47,629 nt of DNA, taken from IMG/VR virus record IMGVR_UViG_2687453529_000003. The stretch is one strand, 5' to 3'. Position numbers and translations under genes: made by a program. Of the stretch, positions 1-10,660 are shown piece by piece (position 1 is the first letter of the stretch; each line of letters opens with the position of its first letter). The notes under the pieces are model-generated. The model was given only the letters and a program-made list of their open reading frames with translations. It was not told the DNA's origin and did not search any database. Origin of the DNA: a virus. Taxonomy: Duplodnaviria; Heunggongvirae; Uroviricota; Caudoviricetes.

Positions 1-54
1 CATCCAACCGCAGCACGTTCTTGCTTAAGACGTGCTGCGGCATAATCCCAATGA

Positions 55-639
55 TTACTCCCTGACAGGATTTACAGGCCACTCAATATCAGGTGCAGTT
101 GATGTATCAACACGGTTCAGCAATACCCGATACTTTTTCCAGGCTTCCAGCAATGAGGTTTCTTCCTCCGTTGCAATTTCCAGATCTGCAGCATCCTGAA
201 GCGGCGCAATATGCTCACTGGCTACCTGCATCAGGTTGTTTTTTGTTTCTTCCGCCTCCCGGATCCGGAACAGTTTTTCTGCTTCCGTATCCTTCACCCA
301 GGCTGTGCCGTTCCACTTCTGAAACTCCCCTTCCGGCGATAACCAGGTAACATTTTCCGGTAACGGACCGAGTTCAGAAATAAATAACTCGTCCCCTGAC
401 GCTACGTCATAAACCGTTTTACCCCGATGGTCTTCAACGAGATGCCACGATGCCTCATCACTGTTGAAAACAGCCACAAAGCCAGCAGGAATATCTGGTG
501 GTGCAATATCGGTACTGTTTGCTGGCAGACCTGTATGAGGCGGAATATATGCGTCACCTTCACCAATAAATTCATTAGTTCCGGCCAGCAGATTATAAAT
601 TTTTATGGTCCGTGCTTGTTCACTCATTCTGAATGCCAT
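55..639 (-). CDS. tfa: tail fiber assembly protein
   Basis: 194-aa ORF immediately downstream of and overlapping the side tail fiber gene by 1 nt; position and sequence character match lambdoid Tfa chaperones. Confidence 0.75.
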   Translation of the reverse strand: MAFRMSEQARTIKIYNLLAGTNEFIGEGDAYIPPHTGLPANSTDIAPPDIPAGFVAVFNSDEASWHLVEDHRGKTVYDVASGDELFISELGPLPENVTWLSPEGEFQKWNGTAWVKDTEAEKLFRIREAEETKNNLMQVASEHIAPLQDAADLEIATEEETSLLEAWKKYRVLLNRVDTSTAPDIEWPVNPVRE

Positions 640-3600
640 TATGCAAGCCTCACAATATAGTTAAATGCGATGTTTTTGACGGTGTTTTCCGCGTTACCCG
701 CAGCGTTAACGGTGATGGTGTGTCCATGTGAACCAATCGCAACGGAGTGCGTATGCGCACCAATACCTACAGTATGTGCATGTGCGCCAGAACTTGCTGC
801 AGTACCAGACAGCGAGTGGGTATGAGCACCTGCTGACTGTGTCTGAATACGTTGATAATACGATCTATAGGAAGAAGTCTCCGGGCTTACTTGATACTGT
901 GAATTCTGGACATAAGTGAACCCACCGCCATCATAAAATGCTAACGCAGAACCGCCGCCTCCTGGCCAACGAATACCATTACCATGAGTATGAACACCGG
1001 CAGACCCCGTAGAGCCACTCAGACTGTGCGTATGCGCCCCGGTGTTATTCGTGGATTTAGTGCCGTAATCAAACGACGATGTGGTTTTCGTCCCCAAATC
1101 CGTACTGGATGCGCTGGCGCTGTGGGTGTGCGATTTAATGCCGTCCTGTTCCTGAGACAATACGGCCCGGCCACTGGCGGGTTTGCCCTTGATTGTCCAG
1201 CCGCGCATATCTGGAATAACACCTGAAGGATAGGCAATAGCCAGTTTCGGATATGCTGCCTTATCAAACGTCTGCCCCTGCATGATTGCATAACCTGCAG
1301 GTGGTGTATCTGATGGCCACGGCAGCGGAACACCTGGCGGAAACGCTTCAATATTTGCCGAGCCGTCAAATTTTACGCCGTTAATTGTCCTTGCAGTTTG
1401 CAATTTGGTTGCTGTGCTTGCATTACCCGATAAAGATCCAGTGATACCACCACTCGCGTTTAATTTAGTTGCAATTGTAACATTGCCAGTATGGTTACTA
1501 ATTATAAACGGCCTTAAGCTATTGTGCGTACCAAGACTGTTACCCGAATCTGTCAACATAAAATATGTGTTTGATCCATCATTTCGGATAAAGAATCCAT
1601 AGTTGCCATAGGCAATACGCAGACCATTTGCTGACCTTGAAATAACCTCACCAGCAGCAGTTAAACCACCTGAAAGAGTCCCTCCAGTTAATGCCAATGC
1701 CCCAATATTTGAAGGGGTCAATGTGATATTTGCACTACCATCAAATGACACACCGTTAATCGTTCTGGCTGCCTGAAGTTTCGTGGCGGTCGCAGCATTA
1801 CCTGTAGTGTTTTGATTACCGGTAGCGTTGACTCCAGGCAAGTTGATATCTGCCGATCCATCAAATGCCACGCCCCCAATCTTACGTGCTGTCTTGATCT
1901 TGGTCGCAGTATCTGCGTTTCCGGTCAAATTACCAGTAACACTACCACCAACTTTTAGTCCATTACCGATGGACACCAACCCTGATCTTAAGTTTATAGA
2001 GAATGGTCTTAATGAACCGATGTCTCCATTTTCCCCCTCCCCTTCATTAGTCGGAATAAGATGAAGATGATCTTCGGAACGCCTAAAAATAAGGCCAAAG
2101 GCTTGGTTGAATATTCGAAGAGCATTTATCGTGCTGATTTTTAACTGCCCTCCCATTGTGTCGCCAGTTTTTTGAACTGAACTATCTTTAACAGTTTTAA
2201 CTGCCTTTGGCGTTGCCGCCAGCTTTTCACTGGTGCTGTTTGTTGCACTGCTGAGCTGTACTATCCCCTTTTTCGTCGTGCTCGCATCCTCCAGCGCCAC
2301 GGCGGATGCAATATCCTCTGCCCGTTTTGCTGCTGTCTCGGCGCGCGTTGCCGCGGATTCAGCAGCAACTTTGCTCTGAGATGCAGCCGTCGCACTGCCT
2401 GCCGCCTCTGATGCTTTCGTTGTTGCTGTCGTGGCACTACCTTTCGCTGCTGACGCTTGTCTGGTCGCCTCATCTTTTGAAGCAGACGCAGATGATACCG
2501 ATGACGCCGCTGAACTGGCTGACGATGCGGCTGCCGCCTTAGAGGAAGCAGCATTGTCTGCTGAAGTCTTTGCATTTGTTTCAGAGGTTTTTGCTGCAGA
2601 AGCAGACCTCGCTGCTGCAGTGGCTTGCTCAGTGGCTTTGCCAGCCTTCGTTGTGGCTGTTGAAGCGGATGATGCGGCGCTTTCTGCCGATTTTCCGGCG
2701 GCGGTGGCACTGGCTGAGGCCTGCCCGGCACTTGTTGACGCGGCACTGGCAGATAATGCAGCCGCTGTTTTTGAACCTGCCGCAGCTGAGGCGCTCTGTC
2801 CCGCTGCTGTTTCAGAAGACTTAGCGTTCGTCTCGGACGTTTTTGCCGCCTTCGCGGAATTTCCTGCCGCCGTTGCCGAGGAAGCTGCACTACTGGCACT
2901 TGATGATGCATTCGTTTCTGAAGATTTCGCTGCCTCTTTTGAGGCCGCCGCACCCCGTGCCGAGGTGGCAGCTTCTGACGCCTTCGTGGTCGCTGTGGAT
3001 GCAGAAGTGGCTGCCGATTTTTGTGATGCTGCGGCATTCGTTTCTGACGTTTTCGCGGCACTGGCGCTGGTAGCTGCCGCGCTTTTTGATGACTCTGCAG
3101 CAGCAGCACTTTTTGCTGCTTCACGGGCCTTTGTCGATGCCGTTCCTGCGCTGGAAGACGCTGACTGAGCCGACGACGCGGCCTGTCCGGCTGACGTGCT
3201 GGCGGCACGTGCTGAGGCTGCAGCATCGGTTGCATGAGTTGCCGCCTCGCTGGCTGATGCACTGGCATCGCTGGCTGATTTTTTCGCGGCTGCCGTATTC
3301 TGTGCAACCGCTGAGGCGTTACGTGACACCTCTTCCACCATCTGCTCAAAGCGGCGCAGTGCCTCCGGTCGGACATCATCCTCCGTCATGGCACCGAGAA
3401 AATCATTCAGCGTACCTGGTCTGGAACCTTCATAGACGGTAATGGTCCCGGCATGTGAAGGCGGAAAACCTTCAACCAGCAGGGTGACGCTGTACTGACC
3501 ATGCTCAACATCCATGCTGTAACGTCCGGCTTCATCCGGATTTTCAGAGGCCACCGTGTTCACCACCACCGTGCTGCTGGTTCGTCTGGCCTTCAGCACA

Positions 3601-3665
3601 ATGGTGCAGTTCTGTACTGGTTTTCCTGTGCCATCTTTAAGCACGCCAGAAATTTTTACTGTCAT
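639..3665 (-). CDS. stf: side tail fiber protein with Ala/Ser-rich central repeats and His-rich C-terminal repeats
   Basis: 1008-aa ORF downstream of lom; conserved N-terminal region, long A/S/T-rich low-complexity stretch, repeated GAHTHS-type motifs typical of lambdoid tail fibers. Confidence 0.8.
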   Translation of the reverse strand: MTVKISGVLKDGTGKPVQNCTIVLKARRTSSTVVVNTVASENPDEAGRYSMDVEHGQYSVTLLVEGFPPSHAGTITVYEGSRPGTLNDFLGAMTEDDVRPEALRRFEQMVEEVSRNASAVAQNTAAAKKSASDASASASEAATHATDAAASARAASTSAGQAASSAQSASSSAGTASTKAREAAKSAAAAESSKSAAATSASAAKTSETNAAASQKSAATSASTATTKASEAATSARGAAASKEAAKSSETNASSSASSAASSATAAGNSAKAAKTSETNAKSSETAAGQSASAAAGSKTAAALSASAASTSAGQASASATAAGKSAESAASSASTATTKAGKATEQATAAARSASAAKTSETNAKTSADNAASSKAAAASSASSAASSVSSASASKDEATRQASAAKGSATTATTKASEAAGSATAASQSKVAAESAATRAETAAKRAEDIASAVALEDASTTKKGIVQLSSATNSTSEKLAATPKAVKTVKDSSVQKTGDTMGGQLKISTINALRIFNQAFGLIFRRSEDHLHLIPTNEGEGENGDIGSLRPFSINLRSGLVSIGNGLKVGGSVTGNLTGNADTATKIKTARKIGGVAFDGSADINLPGVNATGNQNTTGNAATATKLQAARTINGVSFDGSANITLTPSNIGALALTGGTLSGGLTAAGEVISRSANGLRIAYGNYGFFIRNDGSNTYFMLTDSGNSLGTHNSLRPFIISNHTGNVTIATKLNASGGITGSLSGNASTATKLQTARTINGVKFDGSANIEAFPPGVPLPWPSDTPPAGYAIMQGQTFDKAAYPKLAIAYPSGVIPDMRGWTIKGKPASGRAVLSQEQDGIKSHTHSASASSTDLGTKTTSSFDYGTKSTNNTGAHTHSLSGSTGSAGVHTHGNGIRWPGGGGSALAFYDGGGFTYVQNSQYQVSPETSSYRSYYQRIQTQSAGAHTHSLSGTAASSGAHAHTVGIGAHTHSVAIGSHGHTITVNAAGNAENTVKNIAFNYIVRLA

Positions 3666-3678
3666 ACTTTTCCACCAA

Positions 3679-3710
3679 TAAAAAAAGCCCGCAGCAGTGA
3701 CGCCACGGGC
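3679..3710 (-). terminator. rho-independent terminator downstream of lom
   Basis: GC-rich hairpin (gcccgtggcgtcactgctgcgggc on the minus strand) followed by a run of T. Confidence 0.5.
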
Positions 3711-3816
3711 TTCAGGACAGTGTAACTTTACGTTTCCTCAAACGCAGTTCACCCCATAAGGTGGATGAACCTGCGTATCATAACAATATTTACAGAAGAT
3801 AAATCGGCGTCTGTTG

Positions 3817-4416
3817 TCAGAAACGGTATCCGATACCAACAATAAATGCATCCGTTCGCCAGTCGCCACTACCGGAACCTTCATAAGCAAGGTCAATGGT
3901 CACGGATTCGGTCGGGTTAAACTGCACGCCAGCCCCCCACGCCAGAGACGTGTTGCTGTGGCGACCGTCATCACTTCCGGTCAGCACATCGTGCGTTTTC
4001 CCCTTGTTGTCAGTTACGCGGAGATAATCCCCGGAGAAAGTCGATACACGGCTGTAAGCCACACCCGCCATCGCATACGCGCTGAACCATTCATTCACGC
4101 GTACAGACGGCCCCGCCATCACGCTGAACCAGCGGTTACGCACGGAATCTTCATGCCAGCGGGTATCGCTGTAGCGCGTTTTTTGCTCATCCTCAGCATT
4201 GGCATAACTGAAGGACGTAATCAGCCCCAGCGCGTCCGTAAACTCATAACGGTATTTCACGTTAATCCCGTTCAGATCATCACTACCGGGAACGTTCGTC
4301 GAGGCATGGAGATACCCCGCGCTCAGCGTGGACTGATGTTCTGCTGCACTCGCTGGCGTAGCAGCGGCGACCTGCCAGACTACTGCGGACAAAATAACAG
4401 CACATAATTTACGCAT
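3817..4416 (-). CDS. lom: Lom outer membrane protein (Ail/Lom family moron)
   Basis: 199-aa ORF with signal peptide; close match to lambda Lom including the C-terminal YEGSGSGDWRTD..GYRF motif; sits between J and stf as in lambda. Confidence 0.85.
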   Translation of the reverse strand: MRKLCAVILSAVVWQVAAATPASAAEHQSTLSAGYLHASTNVPGSDDLNGINVKYRYEFTDALGLITSFSYANAEDEQKTRYSDTRWHEDSVRNRWFSVMAGPSVRVNEWFSAYAMAGVAYSRVSTFSGDYLRVTDNKGKTHDVLTGSDDGRHSNTSLAWGAGVQFNPTESVTIDLAYEGSGSGDWRTDAFIVGIGYRF

Positions 4417-4437
4417 AATTACCTCTAGCTTTTCTGC

Positions 4438-4465
4438 AATAAAAAAGGCGCCATTTCTGGCGCCC
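4438..4465 (-). terminator. rho-independent terminator between J and lom
   Basis: hairpin ggcgcc-agaaat-ggcgcc followed by a T run on the minus strand. Confidence 0.5.
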
Positions 4466-4483
4466 GTATCTGGGTTATAAAAT

Positions 4484-7400
4484 TCAGCTAATCGTGATGC
4501 CTGCAGTGGCTTTCTTCATCACCACAACCAGCAAATCGCTGATACTTGCTGTGGGATACCAGTTATTTACCAGCCATGCTGACACCGAAAACTCCAGTGT
4601 CATGTGACCGTGACCGGCAGGCATATCAATAACACCACTGTAAATCAGCGTATTATCCAGCGCGGTACGGTTATAAATTTCAGCACCGTTTTTCCGCACT
4701 ATCAGACGGCATGAGGAGTAAATATCAGTATGCTCTTTCTCATGTTTAGCGCCGCTGAATGCCACCGCCGGAATAACAATCTGCCGGTCAAACGGCTGAT
4801 CGTCATAAACCCTGACGGTAATGGTTCCTGATGGCCACCGCTCCGGTGCACGGGAGTCCCGGGGGAAAGCTTTGCCCACTGTTTTAACGAGATCGCCTTC
4901 AATCTGGTTCGCGGACAATTTTCCCAGAACCCGACAGTTCTCGTTAATCGTGACGTTGTTGAGCGTCCCGGAGTTCGCATTCACGTTACCGCTGATATCG
5001 GCATTTTTCGCCGTCAGCCGCCCGTCCGGTGTCAGGGAAAATGCCGGAGGATTACCGCCGCTGGTAATGGTGGGAGCCGTCAGATATTTCAGGAACACTT
5101 CATTCATAAATATCTGATCGCCCTGACCAACAAACATCGGCTTTGTGTTGCCATTCGCAGGATTAATCATCGCAATCCTGTCTGCCGCCAGCAGCACCTG
5201 ACTCTGCATTCCTGCTGGCGTATTCTCAATACCGGCACCGATACCCGCAATATAAAGGCGTCCGTCCTGCATCTGCTGCAGTTTCACGGCCCACATGCTG
5301 TTCAGGTTATTATTTGTATCAACCTGAACTTTCTGTATCTGCTGGATTGCCGCACTCTGATTTTCCAGTTTTTTATTGACGGTCTGCGTGATTTCATTGC
5401 TGACATTCGTAATGGACGTCCTGATTTCAGCCAGGTCCGGCGCAAGCTGACCGTTATCAATCTGCGTCCACAGCTCCTGGGCCAGATGTGTTTTCCCGAT
5501 TTCTCCTTTGAAAAAATCCAGGTAACCTTCCGCATCATCGCTCGCCCGACCGACAGCCTCCACGAATGCCGATTTGCCAACAGTATTCACACTGCGGATA
5601 TAAAAATAATAATCATGGCCCGGTTTGATATTGATACTGGCAGCTATCCAGTACAGCGCCGAGCCAAGATAGCGGGCTGCGGTTTCAACCTGCCTGATAT
5701 CCGCAATCCGCTTTTCCGAGAACCAGAACTCAAACTGTACCGTCGGGTCATAAACGGCAAGATGTGGCGTTGCGGTTATCTGAAAATAGCCCGGCGTCAG
5801 CTCAATCCGCGACGGTGCTGCCGGTGCGGTAATCCGGAAGGTGGTGGTGGCAGGTTCACCCTGCTGGCCATAGCTGTTTATCGCCCGCACCGTCAGGGTG
5901 TATTCCCCGAGCGGCAGGCCGCTGAAACGGTGCTCCGTGTCTGCGGTGATGGCGGTGGTCACCAGTCTGGCATCCGTTCCCTTACCACTGGTCAGGCGCA
6001 GACTGAAGCGCACACCCTTCACCACCCGCGGCGTGTCCCATTTCGCCTGCGCCAGATACTGGCCGTCAGCTGCGCTCACCTCCACCGTCAGGTGCTGCAC
6101 TGCCGGTGGGATGACGCTGTTCAGGGAACCTGACTGCGGCTCAAAGCGGGCACCGTTATCCACGATGGCTTCTTTTTCCGGTACGTGCTGCACCGCCGTG
6201 ATGGCAAAGGTGCCGTCCGTGTTTTCCCGGACGGAGACACAGCGGAACAGACGACGGCGCAGTGACGGCAGGGAGAGTCCCCACACCCCGTATGTCTCCA
6301 CACCATCAGGCAGGGTACTGACCTGTATCCGGTCCGGCGCGGGGTGTTCGGTGATGTCCACACTCACCGGCTTACCGCTGCCGTTAATCAGGTTCACCGT
6401 GGCGGCACCGGTCTCCGGAAGTGTCACTTCACGGTCCAGCGTCAGGGTGCGGGTGGCAGCATCAATGGACAGGACACGTCCGCCGGTCAGGGTCCCGGCA
6501 TAGTCGTTATCACAGATTTCAATGATGTCACCGGGTGTGTGCCGCAGCCCCTGAGACCCGAGCGTGAAATCCACCGTCTGCGTTTCCAGCAGTTCGGTCT
6601 TTATCACCCACAGTCCGGCACGGTGGGCCTGACCGCGGCTGGTACAGCCGAACGCGTCCATCTTCAGCAGGTTGCGTCCGTAGCGCAGTATGGCTTCCGG
6701 GTCTTCCACCAGTTCCGTGGAGGTCTGCCAGCCGTTCTGCGGGTCGGTGTAATTCACCTCCACCGCCGTGTGCCGGTCCTTCAGGGCACTGAAGCTGTAG
6801 CGGAATCCCACGCCGTTATCATCCACCACCACATCGCTGTTGGTGTACGGCCACACCACATCCGACGGGCGGTCCTGAACGAACGTCAGCGTCTGACCGT
6901 TCCATACCGGCATACAGCGCATCGCAGAGCAGAAATCACTGAGAACGTCCCACGCCTTACGCTGTTGTGCCAGGTACGCATTAAAGGTCATCCGCGGCTC
7001 GGTCCCCCCGAAACCATCCGGGACCGTCTGGTCGCAGTACTGCCCGATGGCATACAGCGCCCACTTGTCCACATCCGCCGCCCCCAGACGTTTTCCCATG
7101 CCGTAGCGCGGGTGAGTCAGCATGTCCCACAGGCACCAGGCCGGGTTGTTGCTGTATGCCGGTTTCAGACTGCCGTCCCAGATACCACTGTACGTGCGTT
7201 TTTCCGGGTCATAGTTTGACGGCACCTGGATGATGCGACCGCGGATATGGTAGTTCACCGTCATCTGCTGGCCGCCGAACTGCTCCGCATCCACCTGCAG
7301 CCCCACAATGGCCGTGTTCGGGTAGCACTGTTTCACATCGATGATTTCGGTGTATGACGACCACAGCGTCTTATTCTGCAGCTGGTCCGTGGTGCTGTCC

Positions 7401-7957
7401 GCCGTCTCCCTGACCATCCGGATGTTAAAGGGCCGGGGAGGCAGATTATCCAGAATCACCGAGGCCAGGAACTGTGAGGTGGTCTTGCCGTTAATGGTGA
7501 CGTCCTTTTCTGTCACCCAGTTACCGTTACGCTGTAACTGAATCAGCAGGCGGACGGATGCCGGGTTACGGTCACCCTTTGAGGTGGTCTCCACCAGTGA
7601 CTGCACCCCGAAGGTAACCCGCAGGCGGTCAATGTTCGCGGACGTAATGGTGCGCGTCACCGGTTTTGCCTTCGTCACTTCCACGCCCAGTCCGGTTTCA
7701 GCTCCGGAGGACTCAAAGCCTTCCGGTGGTGTCTGCTCCTGCTCCCCGGCGCGCCAGACCGCCGTCACACCGTGTATCACGGGATTGCCGTCCGTGTCCG
7801 TCAGTGGGGTTTTGTTCACCAGAATACTCTGCAGTCCCTTCACCGGACCTTCTATCGGTCCCTCACCAATCGCATCAATCACACTCATCATCTGCGTGGA
7901 TTTGAGATTATCCTTCGCCTCACGAGGCGTGTGTGCCTTACCGCCACCTTTTCCCAT
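4484..7957 (-). CDS. J: host specificity protein J (central tail fiber / tail tip)
   Basis: 1157-aa ORF; N-terminus and length match lambda J; follows I in the tail operon. Confidence 0.9.
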   Translation of the reverse strand: MGKGGGKAHTPREAKDNLKSTQMMSVIDAIGEGPIEGPVKGLQSILVNKTPLTDTDGNPVIHGVTAVWRAGEQEQTPPEGFESSGAETGLGVEVTKAKPVTRTITSANIDRLRVTFGVQSLVETTSKGDRNPASVRLLIQLQRNGNWVTEKDVTINGKTTSQFLASVILDNLPPRPFNIRMVRETADSTTDQLQNKTLWSSYTEIIDVKQCYPNTAIVGLQVDAEQFGGQQMTVNYHIRGRIIQVPSNYDPEKRTYSGIWDGSLKPAYSNNPAWCLWDMLTHPRYGMGKRLGAADVDKWALYAIGQYCDQTVPDGFGGTEPRMTFNAYLAQQRKAWDVLSDFCSAMRCMPVWNGQTLTFVQDRPSDVVWPYTNSDVVVDDNGVGFRYSFSALKDRHTAVEVNYTDPQNGWQTSTELVEDPEAILRYGRNLLKMDAFGCTSRGQAHRAGLWVIKTELLETQTVDFTLGSQGLRHTPGDIIEICDNDYAGTLTGGRVLSIDAATRTLTLDREVTLPETGAATVNLINGSGKPVSVDITEHPAPDRIQVSTLPDGVETYGVWGLSLPSLRRRLFRCVSVRENTDGTFAITAVQHVPEKEAIVDNGARFEPQSGSLNSVIPPAVQHLTVEVSAADGQYLAQAKWDTPRVVKGVRFSLRLTSGKGTDARLVTTAITADTEHRFSGLPLGEYTLTVRAINSYGQQGEPATTTFRITAPAAPSRIELTPGYFQITATPHLAVYDPTVQFEFWFSEKRIADIRQVETAARYLGSALYWIAASINIKPGHDYYFYIRSVNTVGKSAFVEAVGRASDDAEGYLDFFKGEIGKTHLAQELWTQIDNGQLAPDLAEIRTSITNVSNEITQTVNKKLENQSAAIQQIQKVQVDTNNNLNSMWAVKLQQMQDGRLYIAGIGAGIENTPAGMQSQVLLAADRIAMINPANGNTKPMFVGQGDQIFMNEVFLKYLTAPTITSGGNPPAFSLTPDGRLTAKNADISGNVNANSGTLNNVTINENCRVLGKLSANQIEGDLVKTVGKAFPRDSRAPERWPSGTITVRVYDDQPFDRQIVIPAVAFSGAKHEKEHTDIYSSCRLIVRKNGAEIYNRTALDNTLIYSGVIDMPAGHGHMTLEFSVSAWLVNNWYPTASISDLLVVVMKKATAGITIS

Positions 7958-8063
7958 ACAGCCTTCCCCTGAATAAATTAACCGCCACTTGCCATTCCGT
8001 ACAGAAGTCGGATATCCTTCGCCCGAAAAGCATGAAACACATTTCTGCCATGCTAAAGAGAAA

Positions 8064-8096
8064 CCCCGGTATCAGCAGATACCGGGGTTTTCTTTC
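8064..8096. other. GC-rich hairpin flanked by T/A runs on both strands (possible bidirectional terminator)
   Basis: ccccggtat-cagcag-ataccgggg followed by ttttctttc on the plus strand and preceded by aaagagaaa. Confidence 0.3.
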
Positions 8097-8162
8097 ATGC
8101 CCACCGATAATCCTGTTGGTTAAAACCGGTAATGGCATAAAAATTCTGAATATCTTCACATT

Positions 8163-8190
8163 TTCACAAACTGACTGTGGCGCGTATAAT
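8163..8190 (+). promoter_or_regulatory. near-consensus sigma70-type promoter antisense to the tail operon
   Basis: TTCACA (-35), 16-nt spacer, TATAAT (-10) in the non-coding insert between I and J. Confidence 0.45.
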
Positions 8191-8196
8191 TTCTCT

Positions 8197-8294
8197 GCGT
8201 TAATTTTTTTGTCGTGATATAAGAATAATTCCTTACACTTAATCTTCGTAACTCTCCCGCAGTTCCTGTCCGCGATCACTGCGGGATTTTTTTA
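8197..8294 (+). ncRNA. candidate small RNA of about 100 nt from the I-J intergenic insert
   Basis: region bounded by the promoter at 8163-8190 and the terminator at 8256-8294; no start codon with a ribosome-binding site inside. Confidence 0.3.
8256..8294 (+). terminator. rho-independent terminator
   Basis: stem cccgcag / ctgcggg followed by atttttttatt on the plus strand. Confidence 0.5.
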
Positions 8295-8300
8295 TTCTTT

Positions 8301-8981
8301 TTACCCCTGCCGCCCGATAACCACGACCTTTCCGCCCCCGCCTTCATCACGGGTACTGATGTCCTGGGATATACGGCGGGAGCCAACCAGCATTTCCCCG
8401 TAAGGCACCGGCATCGGGTTACCCTGGGCAATCATGTTATCCAGGGAGGAAAAGTACGTGTTCTGTTTACCGTTATCCGTGCTTTTGTACTCCGGTGTTT
8501 TTGCCTTCGGGGCCAGCATCTGGGCCACACCGCCCAGTATCATGCTGGCCCCCAGTGAAAACAGCATCGTGGTGGCAGAAAAACCGCCGGCACTCAGGGC
8601 TGTACCCCATAACGCCATCGAGGCACCGGCAGTGAAGAAAGAGCCCACGATGGCTGCCGCCCCCAGCACAATCTGCAGTCCACCCTTTCCGGCCCCGGCC
8701 AGTCGCGGCACAATATGGATGACCGTTCCCTCACCCAGCTGTTCGTGAAGACGGGCGTACACCGCCTCCGGTGCCGTGTCATAACCGGCAATACGTATCT
8801 GGTACCAGCCTTCGTTCATCTGACGGCGAAAGCCCGGCACCTGTAACGACAGCGCCCGGATGGCTTCCGCTGCCGTGTTCACATACAGGCTGAGGCGGCG
8901 GCCAAATCGTTGTAAATCCCCGTGAAGGCAGATGCGTGCCAGTGGCGGTGACGCCAGACAGAATGCGTTCGTCGTTGCCAT
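8301..8981 (-). CDS. I: tail assembly protein I
   Basis: 226-aa ORF; N-terminal region matches lambda I (ARICL.GDLQRFGRR motif); overlaps K by 103 bp as in lambda. Confidence 0.85.
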   Translation of the reverse strand: MATTNAFCLASPPLARICLHGDLQRFGRRLSLYVNTAAEAIRALSLQVPGFRRQMNEGWYQIRIAGYDTAPEAVYARLHEQLGEGTVIHIVPRLAGAGKGGLQIVLGAAAIVGSFFTAGASMALWGTALSAGGFSATTMLFSLGASMILGGVAQMLAPKAKTPEYKSTDNGKQNTYFSSLDNMIAQGNPMPVPYGEMLVGSRRISQDISTRDEGGGGKVVVIGRQG

Positions 8982-9622
8982 TTTTCGGAATACCTCTCCC
9001 GTTTACTCAGTTGTTCAGGCAGATGGTGAAGAAGCTCACCGTTGCCGCAGTAAATGGCGGCATGGTTCGGTACCGAAGCACCAAAGCAGCACAGCAGAAT
9101 ATCGCCCGCCTGTGCAGAGGACAGGGGCACCCGGTAAAAGCCGGTGACCGCCATATTGTCCAGGTAAAGGTTCTGACCGTTGCGCCACCAGTCATCCTCG
9201 CGATGAAAATCCGGCATTTCAGTCCCCGCCAGATGATAAGCATCCCGGAACAGCGTGTAACAGTCCGTCACCCCGTGCTCAAAGCGCCGTCCTGTCAGAT
9301 GTGGCACACAGCGGAATTTGTGAATGTCACCCCGGCAGACCAGCCACCAGGGCAGTGCGCTTTTTATCTGCAGCCGCCGGTCAGCCTCGCTCAGCCAGGG
9401 CAGCCCACCGGGATGACTGTGGACCAGTGCCACAATCTCCCCCTGCATCTCTGCCCGCAGCCAGTCTTCCGGTGCGATACGAAAATACGCCTCCGGCTCT
9501 GCAGAAATATTCACACAAGGGATATACCACTCCCCCTCCGGCGTGCTTATCACGAAGCCGCACGACTCCGCAGGCGCACACCGCCGGGCATGCGCCAGAA
9601 TCGCTGATTCAGTCTGTGTCAT
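8879..9622 (-). CDS. K: tail assembly protein K (JAB/MPN plus NlpC/P60-like)
   Basis: start taken at the internal ATG (MTQTES...) just after the L stop; the longer ORF-track form (to 9883) would overlap L; HSHP and cysteine motifs present. Confidence 0.8.
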   Translation of the reverse strand: MTQTESAILAHARRCAPAESCGFVISTPEGEWYIPCVNISAEPEAYFRIAPEDWLRAEMQGEIVALVHSHPGGLPWLSEADRRLQIKSALPWWLVCRGDIHKFRCVPHLTGRRFEHGVTDCYTLFRDAYHLAGTEMPDFHREDDWWRNGQNLYLDNMAVTGFYRVPLSSAQAGDILLCCFGASVPNHAAIYCGNGELLHHLPEQLSKRERYSEKWQRRTHSVWRHRHWHASAFTGIYNDLAAASACM

Positions 9623-9632
9623 AAACCGGGAT

Positions 9633-10331
9633 TTACTGCGAAAGTTTATTAATGGAAAGGAAACCGCCAAAATTGCCGACATTCCTGCGCAGTTCACACC
9701 CGCGCATGCACTTGCTGCATCTGTCCTTACGGATATCCGTGGTGGGGTTGTCGAACTCATCCGCCACCGCAGGACCGTTATACCCGCATTCATCTCCCCG
9801 GTAATCCCACATACAGGTGTTCGCCAGCATGATGCGACCGGGAAACAGCGCCCCGTCCGTCTCGGTCGGTGTAGCCAGCACAAACGAGGCCGTCATGGCT
9901 GTCAGCTGCGACATCTGCTCCACCACCCAGCGGTCACTCAGCTCCTGCTCCGGGTCCGCCTCCGGATTGCCCGCAACGAAATTCACCGCATCCAGAAAAC
10001 GGGCATACACCCGGCGGCGGACCACCGTGGCCCCCACCAGACTCTGCAGGTCTTCCGCCATCCCGGTGACCAGACCGAACAGATTGGACACCGTCAGCGA
10101 CGGTCTGGCACTGCTGCCCCGGCCGTTCATCTCAAAGCCGCTGCCGTCAATCGGGTATGCCTCATACTTACGCCCCTGCCAGGTGACCGGCTCCCCTTTT
10201 TCATTCAGCTCATTACAGAAAAAATACCGCTCACCACCCTGTACCGTCAGGTCGATTTCCCAGAGTACCACCCGCGGTGACTGCTCTGACTTAACCGACT
10301 CGTTCAGACTTTCTTCTCGAATATCCTGCAT
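9633..10331 (-). CDS. L: minor tail protein L
   Basis: 232-aa ORF matching lambda L, in conserved position. Confidence 0.9.
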   Translation of the reverse strand: MQDIREESLNESVKSEQSPRVVLWEIDLTVQGGERYFFCNELNEKGEPVTWQGRKYEAYPIDGSGFEMNGRGSSARPSLTVSNLFGLVTGMAEDLQSLVGATVVRRRVYARFLDAVNFVAGNPEADPEQELSDRWVVEQMSQLTAMTASFVLATPTETDGALFPGRIMLANTCMWDYRGDECGYNGPAVADEFDNPTTDIRKDRCSKCMRGCELRRNVGNFGGFLSINKLSQ

Positions 10332-10660
10332 CAGTTCACCACCTGCTTAAACTCCGCGCTGAACTCAACGCGCAACATCCCGACCCGCGCAGACCACCCG
10401 GCACAGGTCACCTTTATCTGCCGGTATGCATAGGGTGGCTTCCACAAAAATGCCTTCCAGCCACCGTGCTCTGCCAGGAACGCTTCCAGATGCCGGGCCT
10501 CCTCCCGGGTCACGGAAAGCGTCACCCTGTATGTTTTCAGGTCAGCATTCAGCCCTGCCGCCATACGCTGTGAGTACCCGTCACCAAAACGCACTTCACG
10601 CACCGATGGCTGCGAGTTCACCTCCATATCCGGCTTCACTTTCCAGCGAAAGGTTTTCAT
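10331..10660 (-). CDS. M: minor tail protein M
   Basis: 109-aa ORF matching lambda M. Confidence 0.9.
   Translation of the reverse strand: MKTFRWKVKPDMEVNSQPSVREVRFGDGYSQRMAAGLNADLKTYRVTLSVTREEARHLEAFLAEHGGWKAFLWKPPYAYRQIKVTCAGWSARVGMLRVEFSAEFKQVVN

Noticed and set aside
8-40. 10-bp inverted repeat (ccgcagcacg ... cgtgctgcgg) just downstream of tfa
   Set aside because: A possible hairpin, but not followed by a T tract on either strand and too close to the window edge to interpret.
2300-3300. Repetitive DNA that could suggest a CRISPR array or tandem repeat locus
   Set aside because: The repeats are imperfect, in-frame coding repeats (Ala/Ser/Thr-rich) of the tail fiber with no repeat-spacer periodicity.
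2261-3379. Long Arg/Gln/Pro-rich ORFs (372 aa on the minus strand, 245 aa on the plus strand) overlapping the side tail fiber gene
   Set aside because: They lie in alternative frames or antisense to the Ala/Ser-rich repetitive part of stf; low-complexity shadow ORFs with no ribosome-binding site.
4821-7976. Many ORFs of 90-290 aa antisense to or out of frame within J (for example 5486-6133, 5898-6503, 6344-7219)
   Set aside because: Embedded in a well-supported, conserved J coding sequence; typical GC-rich shadow ORFs.
7933-8279. ORFs spanning the I-J insert (7933-8217 plus strand; 7938-8279 minus strand)
   Set aside because: No convincing ribosome-binding site; they run through the promoter and hairpins and overlap the J start. 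The region is better explained as non-coding regulatory or small-RNA DNA.
8879-9883. ORF-track 334-aa form of the K gene
   Set aside because: The first 87 codons overlap L in another frame; the lambda-like K starts at the internal ATG at 9622.
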